64,000 nt of DNA from Nitrosopumilus sp. Lineage in GTDB: Archaea > Thermoproteota > Nitrososphaeria > Nitrososphaerales > Nitrosopumilaceae. Under the pieces are notes generated by a model, which ran no database searches, was not told where the DNA came from, and saw only the letters and a program-made list of their open reading frames with translations. This document shows, piece by piece, positions 1 to 8,585 of this stretch. Numbering within the stretch: the stretch's first letter is position 1; every line of letters starts with the position of its first letter. The translations under genes were made by a program, and so were the position numbers. The stretch lies in the NCBI GenBank assembly GCA_965207075.1, contig CBDBLO010000002.1:1312001-1376000 (forward strand), written 5' to 3'.

Positions 1-378
1 GACGCGGTGCGCAACGATCAGATCTCGAAATTCCAGCGCGGCGATTCAAAGCTGATGATCGCCGGGATCAGGGCCGGCAACGTGGGGATAAACCTGACTG
101 TTGCAAAATACGTGATATTCGCAGAGCTTGACTGGAGCCCGGCCGTCCACAGGCAGGCCGAGGACAGGCTGCACCGCATAGGGCAGAAGAACACCGTGTT
201 TGCGTACTATCTGATAGGGAGCGGAACGCTTGACGACCAGGTGGCCGGCGTGCTTGTGGATAAGAGCTATGAGATTGACGAGATAATGGACGCGACTGCG
301 GACAACTTTGAGAACCGGAACAAGTCGGAGTTCATACTGGCCCAGATACAGGACAGGCTGAAGACGGGTGGGCGGTAA
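1..378 (+). CDS. SNF2/SWI2-family helicase, C-terminal part (5' truncated by window edge)
   Basis: Helicase_C motifs AGNVGINLT, ELDWSPAVHRQAEDRLHRIGQ. Confidence 0.9.
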   Translation, partial: DAVRNDQISKFQRGDSKLMIAGIRAGNVGINLTVAKYVIFAELDWSPAVHRQAEDRLHRIGQKNTVFAYYLIGSGTLDDQVAGVLVDKSYEIDEIMDATADNFENRNKSEFILAQIQDRLKTGGR

Positions 379-409
379 ACCGGGGGCTGTCCCCGCACAC
401 GCTGCGCCG

Positions 410-1072
410 CTATGACTCGCCTGGCGCCGCACCCGTCTCGGACTCTGCGTGCGACGCCCCTATCATGTCGCGGAGGCCCGATATCTTTTGTAATACGGCG
501 CGCCGCTCGTCTGCTGACATCGTACTCGACGCGGATACGATACGCTCTATCTCGTTTATGAGGTTGTACGTGCCCGGACCCTTTGGAATCTGACTCGCGT
601 ACGTGCCGTCCCCCTCCTTTGATATGGCGTCTATCCTCTCGATCCCCTCTGGGAGTATCTCGTACACCTTCTGGGGGCTGCCGTCGCGTACCTGTGGGGC
701 CACCATTACAAACCCCTCCCTCTGGAGGCCCCCGAGCGCCTCCTCAAGCGGGCCGTTCCTGCCGATCCGCAATATGGCCATCATGTCTACGATGCTGCAC
801 GAACGTATCTCAAGCAGGCGCAGTATCCTTGCCCAGAGCGGTATCGAGTCTGACCACAGTATGGCGCGTGCAGCGTCCGTCATGACGAACGAGCCGCTGT
901 CCTTCTCAAGCCGCAAAAGGTCCCTGTCTCTGAGCGATGCCAAGGCGTCAAGTATCCTGCCTACTCCGAGCCTGCTGAGCGCAGAGTGCTCGATTGCCGA
1001 CTCGTTGATGCTGCCGCCTGACGCTGCCGCAAGCTGCAGTACCTCCAGGTCTATGGTGCCGAGCGTTCTCAT
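410..1072 (-). CDS. Hypothetical protein, probable tandem winged-helix DNA-binding protein
   Basis: 220-aa ATG ORF; wHTH-like segments (RILDALASLRDRDLL; LQREGFV...KVYEILPEG). Confidence 0.6.
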   Translation of the reverse strand: MRTLGTIDLEVLQLAAASGGSINESAIEHSALSRLGVGRILDALASLRDRDLLRLEKDSGSFVMTDAARAILWSDSIPLWARILRLLEIRSCSIVDMMAILRIGRNGPLEEALGGLQREGFVMVAPQVRDGSPQKVYEILPEGIERIDAISKEGDGTYASQIPKGPGTYNLINEIERIVSASSTMSADERRAVLQKISGLRDMIGASHAESETGAAPGES

Positions 1073-1333
1073 GCATGTGGTTGTGGCATGCCGTGTATAT
1101 CAATCTGCGACCGCCCGTATTCCCACGGTGGCGACGCCGGGACTGGCGGCGTAGCGCCATGCGGGCTGATCCCCCCCCGTCCCTACAGCTCGGAGTATGC
1201 GCCATTGATGACTTTGGAAGCGGCGCGTGCAAGAGAGCCTGTCGCGGGGCGGTAGTGCGATTTCAATATGCTCAGATTATATTGCCCGCAGCTGGCCATA
1301 CCCCTCGTCTGCGGGACGTCCCCCAAAAACGGA

Positions 1334-2656
1334 GGCTGCATCCGGCGGTTATATACCACGTCGAACAACCGCGGTTCCAATTTGACCATATGAAGAACGG
1401 AGATTTGCGCTCCGGTGGGAGTCACTGCACAAGACACGCAAAAACCCCTTCAAAAAAGGTTAAACGGCGTACAGTCCAACCAACCGTGCGCAGGCTGCGC
1501 TCCGCATGCATTCTCTTCGGAGGTCACTAAATGCATGCTCTAGGCCGCAACGGCCTCGAGCGACTGGCGCGTAAGCCTGCCGCTCCTTACATCGTGCCGC
1601 GCGATCAGCTCGATGTTGTAGCATATGATGCGGGCCGCCATCTCCCTGCGCTGGTTGTCCTTCCGCCTGCACGTGACGTAGCTGCCGTACATGGTCTTGA
1701 TTGCCCCGAACACGGCCTCTATGACGCTGCGCTGGTGGTAGTGCCGCTTGAACTCGGGCAGGTCGTCGTTGTACAGGTCCACCATCACGCGCCACGGCCG
1801 GCTGCCGCGGGCGTTGTGCGACGTGTTCTTCTTGGGCTTGATGTACGGCGCAAACCCCATGCCGGCAAGCCGGCTGCACATCTCCCTTGCCAAATACGCC
1901 GAGTCCAGGCAAAAGTCCGCGCTTCCGTCCGCGTCCAGGCACGGCCCGAACCGGTCAAGCAGGGTGCGCATGCCCGCGATGTCCGAGACGCGGCTCCGGG
2001 TCACGAAATAGTCGGTGATTACGCGCGACCCGACGTCTACTACGGCGTGCAGCTTGATCCAGCCCTTCCTGTGCCTGACCCTGTCGGTCCTGAAGTCGAC
2101 CCACCTGTCGGACCTGCGCTCCGCGACGCCCGTGGCGTCGCCGGCGTGCACCCTGCCGCGCTCCAGCCCCGACGCCACCCTCCTGTGCACCTCGTAAAAG
2201 TACGACTCCGGTATCCTGGCGTAGGCGTCGTTGATGGTGCTCGCCCCGGGCGTGCCGCCGGGCCCAAACCCGATCCTTTCGGCCACGTCCGGGTGGGCGC
2301 GCAAATACGACGCGGCCACGTGAAACGTCTTCCTCTCGGCGTCCCGTATCATGCACGCGACGGCCATGGCCCTGGGCGGATATCCCCGGGGGCCGCCTAT
2401 TCCGGGCCTGTTTACGTAGGGTGCGTCAAGCTCGCCCACGATCCTGACCATGGTGTTGAGTATCAGTCCCGAGAGGTGCCCCTTTACCAGGTCGTACGCC
2501 CGCTGATCACGCTTCTCCTCTGAGGTCACTGGACATGATCAGATCCGCTGATCTATATGCGCAGTTTTTAGAAAAGCAAAGCATATTGTAAAATTTTTTG
2601 ACGTTGCAGATTCTAACCTATCCACTTAATCGAGTATATAACCGCCGGATGCAGCC
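1334..2656 (-). mobile_element. IS5-family (IS903-group-like) insertion sequence, 1323 bp
   Basis: Perfect 23-bp TIRs GGCTGCATCCGGCGGTTATATAC (1334-1356) and its reverse complement (2634-2656); 9-bp TSD AAAAACGGA at 1325-1333, right copy split by the IS481 insertion and complete at 4009-4017; contains a DDE transposase. Confidence 0.9.
1540..2529 (-). CDS. IS5-family DDE transposase
   Basis: Motifs AGDATG, WIKLHAVVD, LDSAY, YHQRSVIEAVFGAIK; intact 329-aa frame. Confidence 0.9.
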   Translation of the reverse strand: MTSEEKRDQRAYDLVKGHLSGLILNTMVRIVGELDAPYVNRPGIGGPRGYPPRAMAVACMIRDAERKTFHVAASYLRAHPDVAERIGFGPGGTPGASTINDAYARIPESYFYEVHRRVASGLERGRVHAGDATGVAERRSDRWVDFRTDRVRHRKGWIKLHAVVDVGSRVITDYFVTRSRVSDIAGMRTLLDRFGPCLDADGSADFCLDSAYLAREMCSRLAGMGFAPYIKPKKNTSHNARGSRPWRVMVDLYNDDLPEFKRHYHQRSVIEAVFGAIKTMYGSYVTCRRKDNQRREMAARIICYNIELIARHDVRSGRLTRQSLEAVAA

Positions 2657-2664
2657 AAAAACGG

Positions 2665-4001
2665 TGTAGAGTCGGAAAATGATGTCACGGTGTGTCGTGA
2701 CATTGCTCCACGCATGCCTGGACTCCATATGAATTTTGAATTCCCGGTTCCGCTGGGCCAGCCCAAGCGGCCGGCAGCGTGCCCGACGTGCGCGAACTGC
2801 CGCGAAAGGTACGCTTTTACATGATCGTGCGCAGCATACGCTGGAGGGTCCTACGGCGGGGTTGACTGAGGTGTCTTACCCGTCGTCATCCTTGTATGAC
2901 CGGCCCTCTGGGAGCCTCCGCTCGCGGTATGCGTCCGCGGGCGTCTGCCCGTACAGGCTGCCGTGCGGCTTGTTGTTGTGGTTCCTGACGAACCTGGCAG
3001 TCGGGTCGCTCTCCATTGCGGCGGGGGCGCCAAACGGGGCCGCCGTGCCCGGCGGTCCCGCAACGTCGGCAAAGTGCCCGACCTTGTACTTGTACTCCTT
3101 GAACACGCGCTCCGCCTTGCCATTGGTCTGGGGATGCCCCACGCGCGCCAGGATCTGCTTTACGCCGGCGTCCCCGAGGTGCTCCTCAAAGTGCGTGCGC
3201 CCCCTTTCGCGCTTTGCCTCGGACTCCATGGCGTAGAACTGGGATCCGTGGTCGGTCAGGACCGAGTACGGCGTCCCGTGCGCCAGGCAGGCCTGCTTGA
3301 AGACCGCGGTGGCGTTCTCGGACGTGGCGCGGTCAAACACGCCGTGTCCGACGATGTACCGGGACGAGTCGTCCACGTATACGATCAGCCACCTCCCGTC
3401 CTCCAGCTGCGTATAGTCCGCGTGCCAGAGCGTGTTGCTGTGCCTCCGCTCGTACCTCACGTACCTGCGCTGCCTCTTCTTGGCGCGCTCCTCGCGCGCC
3501 AGCCCGTTCTCAAGCAGCACCCGGTGCACTACATCCTTTGGGACGTGGTCCCCCGCGTTCCTGATGTGCCAGTATGTGGCAGACGCGCCGTTTACGACCC
3601 GGCCGAACGCGGCCAAAACCGCGGAGTGCTCCCTGCGCCCCGGCTCGCCCTTCCGGTGCCTGCCGGGGCGCCTTGGAAGGTACAGTATCCGCCCCGTGTC
3701 GAGGCGCCTGAACCGGCTCCAGATGCGCTGCACCTGCCTTATGCAGACCTTCAGGATGCCTGCAATCGTCTTGTTGCTTGTCCCCCTCCTCTTTTCGCGG
3801 ACGATGAACCTTGCGTCAAGCGTGTCCAGCTTGCGTATGGGCTTCCTGCCCTTCTCGCTGGCGGTCTTGAGTATGCGCTCGGTCTCCTCCCTTTGTTCCT
3901 GTATGAGGACATGTTCGTCATACTTGGTTTGAGGTGTCATTACGCCTCCCTCCATGTCGGCTCTCTTATGCGTCGGGGTGACATGATTCCCCGACTCTTC
4001 A
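2665..4001 (-). mobile_element. IS481-family insertion sequence, copy 1 (1337 bp)
   Basis: Imperfect 24-bp TIRs TGTAGAGTCGGAAAATGATGTCAC / TGAAGAGTCGGGGAATCATGTCAC; 15-bp TSD TGCAGCCAAAAACGG at 2650-2664 and 4002-4016; near-identical to 24465-25801. Confidence 0.93.
2876..3955 (-). CDS. IS481-family transposase (rve integrase core)
   Basis: N-terminal HTH; DDE triad in WHADY, LTDHGSQF, HPQTNGKAER; start 3955 or 3940 (GGAGG upstream of the latter); the ORF-track start at 4054 lies outside the element. Confidence 0.92.
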   Translation of the reverse strand: MEGGVMTPQTKYDEHVLIQEQREETERILKTASEKGRKPIRKLDTLDARFIVREKRRGTSNKTIAGILKVCIRQVQRIWSRFRRLDTGRILYLPRRPGRHRKGEPGRREHSAVLAAFGRVVNGASATYWHIRNAGDHVPKDVVHRVLLENGLAREERAKKRQRRYVRYERRHSNTLWHADYTQLEDGRWLIVYVDDSSRYIVGHGVFDRATSENATAVFKQACLAHGTPYSVLTDHGSQFYAMESEAKRERGRTHFEEHLGDAGVKQILARVGHPQTNGKAERVFKEYKYKVGHFADVAGPPGTAAPFGAPAAMESDPTARFVRNHNNKPHGSLYGQTPADAYRERRLPEGRSYKDDDG

Positions 4002-4054
4002 TGCAGCCAAAAACGGACAAATGCTTTTAAACCCAGGACTGCTGTGATCCTCAT

Positions 4055-6286
4055 ATGAATTACCTTTTCATTATTGCCGCAATATCCGTGGCCCCCCTTC
4101 TAGTGACGGGCTCTGGCCCAAGTCCCTTGACCGAGGCTTTTGGCGCAAACAACGACGTATGCGGACTGCAACTCTGCTCCGAGATTGAGGGCGGCCGCGA
4201 CGCATGGGTTGCGGCGCAGGCAGGCGAGCCGGCCAAGGACACCCCGGACGTTGACGTTGCTGGCATCACAGTGCCCCTTCACAAGGGGTATTATGACGGC
4301 CAGGCCGCATATTACATCATAACGGAGGCAAGCGAGCGCGTGCATGCCGACGTGATCACCCGGGCCCAGGGGTGGACTGTCGAGTACGTGCCGTCCTTGG
4401 CGTCGGTTCCGGAGGACGTGCGCTCTGTCACATACATGTTTACAAACGGCGTGCGCGGCAGCGGCGTGCACGGATTCCAGAGTGAGGTCTTTACATCGGT
4501 TCCGGGACAGGACGACTATTCGCCGCTGGCCGGACACATACACGTGACGTGGTACGAGGGCGTGCTTCCAAGGATATTGACATCCGAGCAAGCCATACTG
4601 TCGGCCGCCGAGGCGGGTGACCTGGAACTGACCGAGCTTGACGTCGTGATTAACATGCCGCGATTCACAATGTCGCTGGTGCAGTCAGAAACACTGGACA
4701 GGACGCCTGAGAAGATACTGCGGGTGCCGCTTCACTATGGATTTTACGACGGGCAGAAGGTGTACAATACGATACTGGAGTCCAGCGACAAGACGCACTC
4801 CGAACTGGTGACAAGGCTGCAGGGACTTGACTCTGTGCACGTGCCAATGCTTGCAGACGTCGGTGCCGCCTCCGTCTCAAAGGTATATTTCTTCACGAAC
4901 GGCATAGAGGGACCCGGCGTGCACGGGTTCCAGAGGCAGGTGTTTACGTCGGTTCCGGGCGACGAGGCGTACAGTCCGCTCTCCACGCACGTGCACGTGA
5001 CGTGGACCAACGACGCGGATCCTCGACTCCTAACGTCCGAGGACTCGATTATGGCCGCAGAGGGATCCGGCGACGTGATTCTGACTGAGATTCCTATTGT
5101 AATCAGCATGCCGTTGCTGTCGCTTGATGCAAAGCAGGTTATGGAGCTTCCAAAGAACTTTGCACCATACGATGCCGCGATGGAACCCATGGCGCAAGAA
5201 GAAGAGGAGATGACGTCACAAGAGGGAGGAGAAATGATGGCGCAGGAAGAGGAGATGACGTCACAAGAGGGAGGAGAAATGATGGCGCAGGAAGAAGAAG
5301 CAATGATGGAAGAGCCAAAAGAGATGAAGCTGAGGCTTTCGAGGGCCAACGTTGCCGTAGACATTCCATTGCACATGGGATACCATGAGGGACAGGACGT
5401 ATACTATGTCATCACGGACACTAATGACGAGATCCATGCCGGCATAATCACCGAACTCCAGGACTGGAGGGTCGAGATGGCGCCCTTCCTTGGGAACGCC
5501 CCCGATGCGGCGCTCTCCACGACATACATGTTTACAAACGGGGTCGAGGGTGACGGCATACACGGATTCCAGAACCAGGTGTTTACAAGCACCCCGGAGC
5601 AGGCGGACACGTACAGCGCACTTGCCGCCCAGACGCATGTGACGTGGGCCGACTCGGCCGCCCCGCGCATACTTGATTCGGAGGCCGCCATAATGGAGGC
5701 TGCCGACGCCGGCGAGGTATCGCTTGACGACATCGGCGTGGTGATCAACATGCCGCACATCGTATGGCCGGGCGGACAGATGGTGGTAAAGGAGGATGCA
5801 TCCATAAACGACGACACGCCGTACGGAGGGGGGCAGATACTTGAAATCGACACTGAGGAGATGACCGTAACGTTTGTCGCCCACCGCGGATGGGGCCCTG
5901 ACGGGCGCACCATATACTATATAGTGACAGACGCCACGCCGAGCGGGCCTGCCAACATGATGGGGGTCGTCTCTGCAGACACTTCTGCCGCACTCATTGC
6001 AAACTCTGCCGCAGTTGACCTGTACCAGTTTGCAAACGGCATTGCCGGTTCCGGTCCTCTGGGATTCCAGCCCGGCATTGCAAGCTCTGCCCTTGGCGAT
6101 GCGGGGTATTCGCCCATGTGGCGCATCTATATCATAGAGTGGAAGGATCCTGCAGACGCGAGACTGTTAGAGACTACGGGCGACATCCAGGCATACCTGG
6201 AGGAGGGGCTGATAACTGCCAGTCTGGCCCGTCCGATGGACAGCGACCACATTGTCAACTGCCCGTTTGTCGATCCGTTCCAGTAA
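4055..6286 (+). CDS. Secreted repeat protein with four DUF7482-like domains and a Met/Glu-rich linker
   Basis: Signal peptide; VCGLQLCSE motif; four repeats of G(Y/W)..G...YYI.T....F.NG..G.G..GFQ.....S......YS; C-terminal VNCPF. Confidence 0.75.
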   Translation: MNYLFIIAAISVAPLLVTGSGPSPLTEAFGANNDVCGLQLCSEIEGGRDAWVAAQAGEPAKDTPDVDVAGITVPLHKGYYDGQAAYYIITEASERVHADVITRAQGWTVEYVPSLASVPEDVRSVTYMFTNGVRGSGVHGFQSEVFTSVPGQDDYSPLAGHIHVTWYEGVLPRILTSEQAILSAAEAGDLELTELDVVINMPRFTMSLVQSETLDRTPEKILRVPLHYGFYDGQKVYNTILESSDKTHSELVTRLQGLDSVHVPMLADVGAASVSKVYFFTNGIEGPGVHGFQRQVFTSVPGDEAYSPLSTHVHVTWTNDADPRLLTSEDSIMAAEGSGDVILTEIPIVISMPLLSLDAKQVMELPKNFAPYDAAMEPMAQEEEEMTSQEGGEMMAQEEEMTSQEGGEMMAQEEEAMMEEPKEMKLRLSRANVAVDIPLHMGYHEGQDVYYVITDTNDEIHAGIITELQDWRVEMAPFLGNAPDAALSTTYMFTNGVEGDGIHGFQNQVFTSTPEQADTYSALAAQTHVTWADSAAPRILDSEAAIMEAADAGEVSLDDIGVVINMPHIVWPGGQMVVKEDASINDDTPYGGGQILEIDTEEMTVTFVAHRGWGPDGRTIYYIVTDATPSGPANMMGVVSADTSAALIANSAAVDLYQFANGIAGSGPLGFQPGIASSALGDAGYSPMWRIYIIEWKDPADARLLETTGDIQAYLEEGLITASLARPMDSDHIVNCPFVDPFQ
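5189..5299 (+). repeat. In-frame tandem repeat (48 bp + 45 bp + partial unit) encoding MAQEEE(E)MTSQEGGEM
   Basis: ATGGCGCA(A/G)GAAGA...GATGACGTCACAAGAGGGAGGAGAAATG at 5189 and 5237, partial at 5282. Confidence 0.92.
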
Positions 6287-6399
6287 TGACTGACGGTGCG
6301 GAGCGCGCCATACAAATGTAATCCAAAATGTTCAATATCTAAAAATATTTTAAGTAATAATGTGGTTTTGTTTATTAATTATTGCCGCGTATATGGCAC

Positions 6400-6774
6400 A
6401 TGAGCATAGCAGGAATGTACATGCTCAACACCAGCAGGTACGACGAGGAAAAGGTGGAGCAGGCGCTCGAGATGCTGTACGTGGACCGCAGACACGAGTT
6501 CCGGACCCTCTCAGAGGAGCTCTTGTCCGAGAAGGCCCTCGAGTCCATGCCCAACTGGCGCGAGTTTGTCCTCAACTTTAGCCTGGACGTTGAAGAGGCG
6601 TTCAGGACGTGGACCGGTGACGCGCCCCTTGTGCCAAGCTCGCCGCAAAAGGCTCTGACGCTGCTGCGCCAGCTTGGCCATGACAAGACCTCTATGAACG
6701 AGCTTGCACACCTTCTCAACCTCTCGTTTAACCTCTCGCTGGAGTTCAAGGAGATCTACAGGCGCCTGCGATAG
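6400..6774 (+). CDS. Conserved-looking hypothetical protein
   Basis: Globular helical sequence; TATA-like TTTATTAA about 25 nt before ATG 6400 (alternative starts 6415/6421). Confidence 0.7.
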   Translation: MSIAGMYMLNTSRYDEEKVEQALEMLYVDRRHEFRTLSEELLSEKALESMPNWREFVLNFSLDVEEAFRTWTGDAPLVPSSPQKALTLLRQLGHDKTSMNELAHLLNLSFNLSLEFKEIYRRLR

Positions 6775-6831
6775 CGCATCGTCGCGGCGCCGTCCCCTGT
6801 TTTCGCATGTGCCGCGCGCCGTTGGCGCCGC

Positions 6832-8394
6832 CTAGCCGCCTTGGAAGTTTTCAGACAGAGCTTCGGCCGCGCAGTTGCCGCCGGCGAGGATCTTGCCCGG
6901 GTTCATCACGTTTGAGGGATCAAGCAGGCTCTTGAGCTCTGCAAACAGCCTTACGTTCTCCTGACCGTACTGCATTTCAACAAACTCCGAGCGGGCCAGC
7001 CCGTCCCCGTGCTCTGCAGTCGTGCTGCCCCCCAGTGCAATTATCCTCTCAAAGTATTCTGCCGCTATCCTCCCCAGGCGCCCCGCTTCTCCCTTTTTTA
7101 GTACGAGGCGCGCATGTATGTTTCCGCTGCCTGCGTGCCCGTACGTAACTATCCTGGCGCCGTACCTCCGCCGTATGTGGCTCAGCGACGCGAAGAGCTC
7201 TGGCAGGGAGCCGAGCGGAACGACCGCGTCCTCTATCACGTGGGGCACCACCTCTTCGGTGCCGTCGTCTATTGATATGAGGCTATAGTGCAGGGCCGAG
7301 TCCCTGTACCCCCACCACCTTGCTATCTCAATCTCATCGGTTATGACAGTCTGCCTTGCGGCCTTGCGCGCCAGCGAGGCTACGCCCTTCTCACCATTGT
7401 CCTCTGCCCCTCGCGCGTCGCTGCCGGAGCCCCCCTCGCGCGTCATGCCTGTCGGTGCGAGATCCCCGCCTTCGTACTCGACGAACAGGAGGCACTGCGC
7501 ACTGCTGCCAAAGCCGCCGCCTATGTTGTCCAGTATCGTCCTGTCGACAAACTCTGCTGCCGACGGCCTCGTGGCGCCTACAAGCTCCATGCAATCGGCC
7601 GCCGCGTCCTGCTCCGTCCCGTACTCCAGGATGTGCAGCGTCCTTGATTCGGGACGCCTTACTGCGTCGATTGTGGCCGATATGATGACGCCAAGCGTGC
7701 CCTCGGAGCCGACTATGGCCCTGTGGGCGTCCGCGGCCGACGATACGGCGTCAAGCCTGTATCCAGACGAGTTCTTTGGAACGTCGGGGTACCTGGACCG
7801 GTTTATTCGCCTTGCAATGTCCCATATTCCGGCCGCCGCGTCGGCGTCCTCCGGCAGCCTTGTGAGTCCGCCCGTCCCGTCTACGATTGTGACTCCAGAC
7901 ACGTTGTCTATGGTGGCTCCGTACTTTAGGCTCCTGCTGCCGGCCGCGTTGTTTGCAACCATGCCGCCTACCGTGCAAAATGGGCCCACCGACGGGTTTG
8001 GCCCGAACATCATGCCTGCGCCTTGCAAAACGTCATCAAGCCTTCCCCTGGTGGCGCCGGCCCCGGCCTCGACCGAGCCGCCTGCCGAGCCGAGCCGCAC
8101 GATCCTGATCCCGCTTATGCTTCTCATGTCAAGTATTATCCCGCAGTTGAGCGCGCCTCCGACGAGCCCCGTCCCCCCGCCCCTTGCCGTTATGGGAGCT
8201 CCCATCTCAGCTGCAACCCTTACGGCGGCCGACACATCCTCCACGTCCCGCGGTATTACGACAACGTCGGGCCTGACTGCATACGAGCTCGAGTCGACTG
8301 AATAGTATCTTATGTGGTGCGGGGATGAGCCCACATCGCCCGATATGACCGACTCTAGTTTTGAGACGAGGCGTGCCGCGTCATACGTGGTCAT
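6832..8394 (-). CDS. FAD-binding oxidoreductase (GlcD / D-lactate dehydrogenase type)
   Basis: ARGGGTGLVGG, CTVGGMVANNAAG, GSEGTLG, GHAGSGNIH, AEHGDG, DPSNVMNPGK. Confidence 0.9.
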   Translation of the reverse strand: MTTYDAARLVSKLESVISGDVGSSPHHIRYYSVDSSSYAVRPDVVVIPRDVEDVSAAVRVAAEMGAPITARGGGTGLVGGALNCGIILDMRSISGIRIVRLGSAGGSVEAGAGATRGRLDDVLQGAGMMFGPNPSVGPFCTVGGMVANNAAGSRSLKYGATIDNVSGVTIVDGTGGLTRLPEDADAAAGIWDIARRINRSRYPDVPKNSSGYRLDAVSSAADAHRAIVGSEGTLGVIISATIDAVRRPESRTLHILEYGTEQDAAADCMELVGATRPSAAEFVDRTILDNIGGGFGSSAQCLLFVEYEGGDLAPTGMTREGGSGSDARGAEDNGEKGVASLARKAARQTVITDEIEIARWWGYRDSALHYSLISIDDGTEEVVPHVIEDAVVPLGSLPELFASLSHIRRRYGARIVTYGHAGSGNIHARLVLKKGEAGRLGRIAAEYFERIIALGGSTTAEHGDGLARSEFVEMQYGQENVRLFAELKSLLDPSNVMNPGKILAGGNCAAEALSENFQGG

Positions 8395-8585
8395 TGCAAC
8401 CGCGCCCCGCGTTTCGTGACGCCGGCGCGCTTTCCCGTCCCCGCCGCCCGTGCGGCTGCCGCTTCCCTCGTGCAGTACTCCATACCTCCCACCGTCATCA
8501 CCCCCACTTGATCGTATCGGCCGCCCCGCGTCCTGCCCGCCCGTGCGTTCCTGCCCACACCCCGCTCAGCTGCCGCCTGCACCCG

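Noticed and set aside
1531-4030. Long antisense ORFs (1531-2523, 2963-4030; likewise 19291-20502, 24058-25503, 10244-11275)
   Set aside because: Shadow frames of real genes in GC-rich DNA with no recognisable motifs.
5189-5299. Tandem repeat as a CRISPR array
   Set aside because: No unique spacers; in-frame coding repeat.
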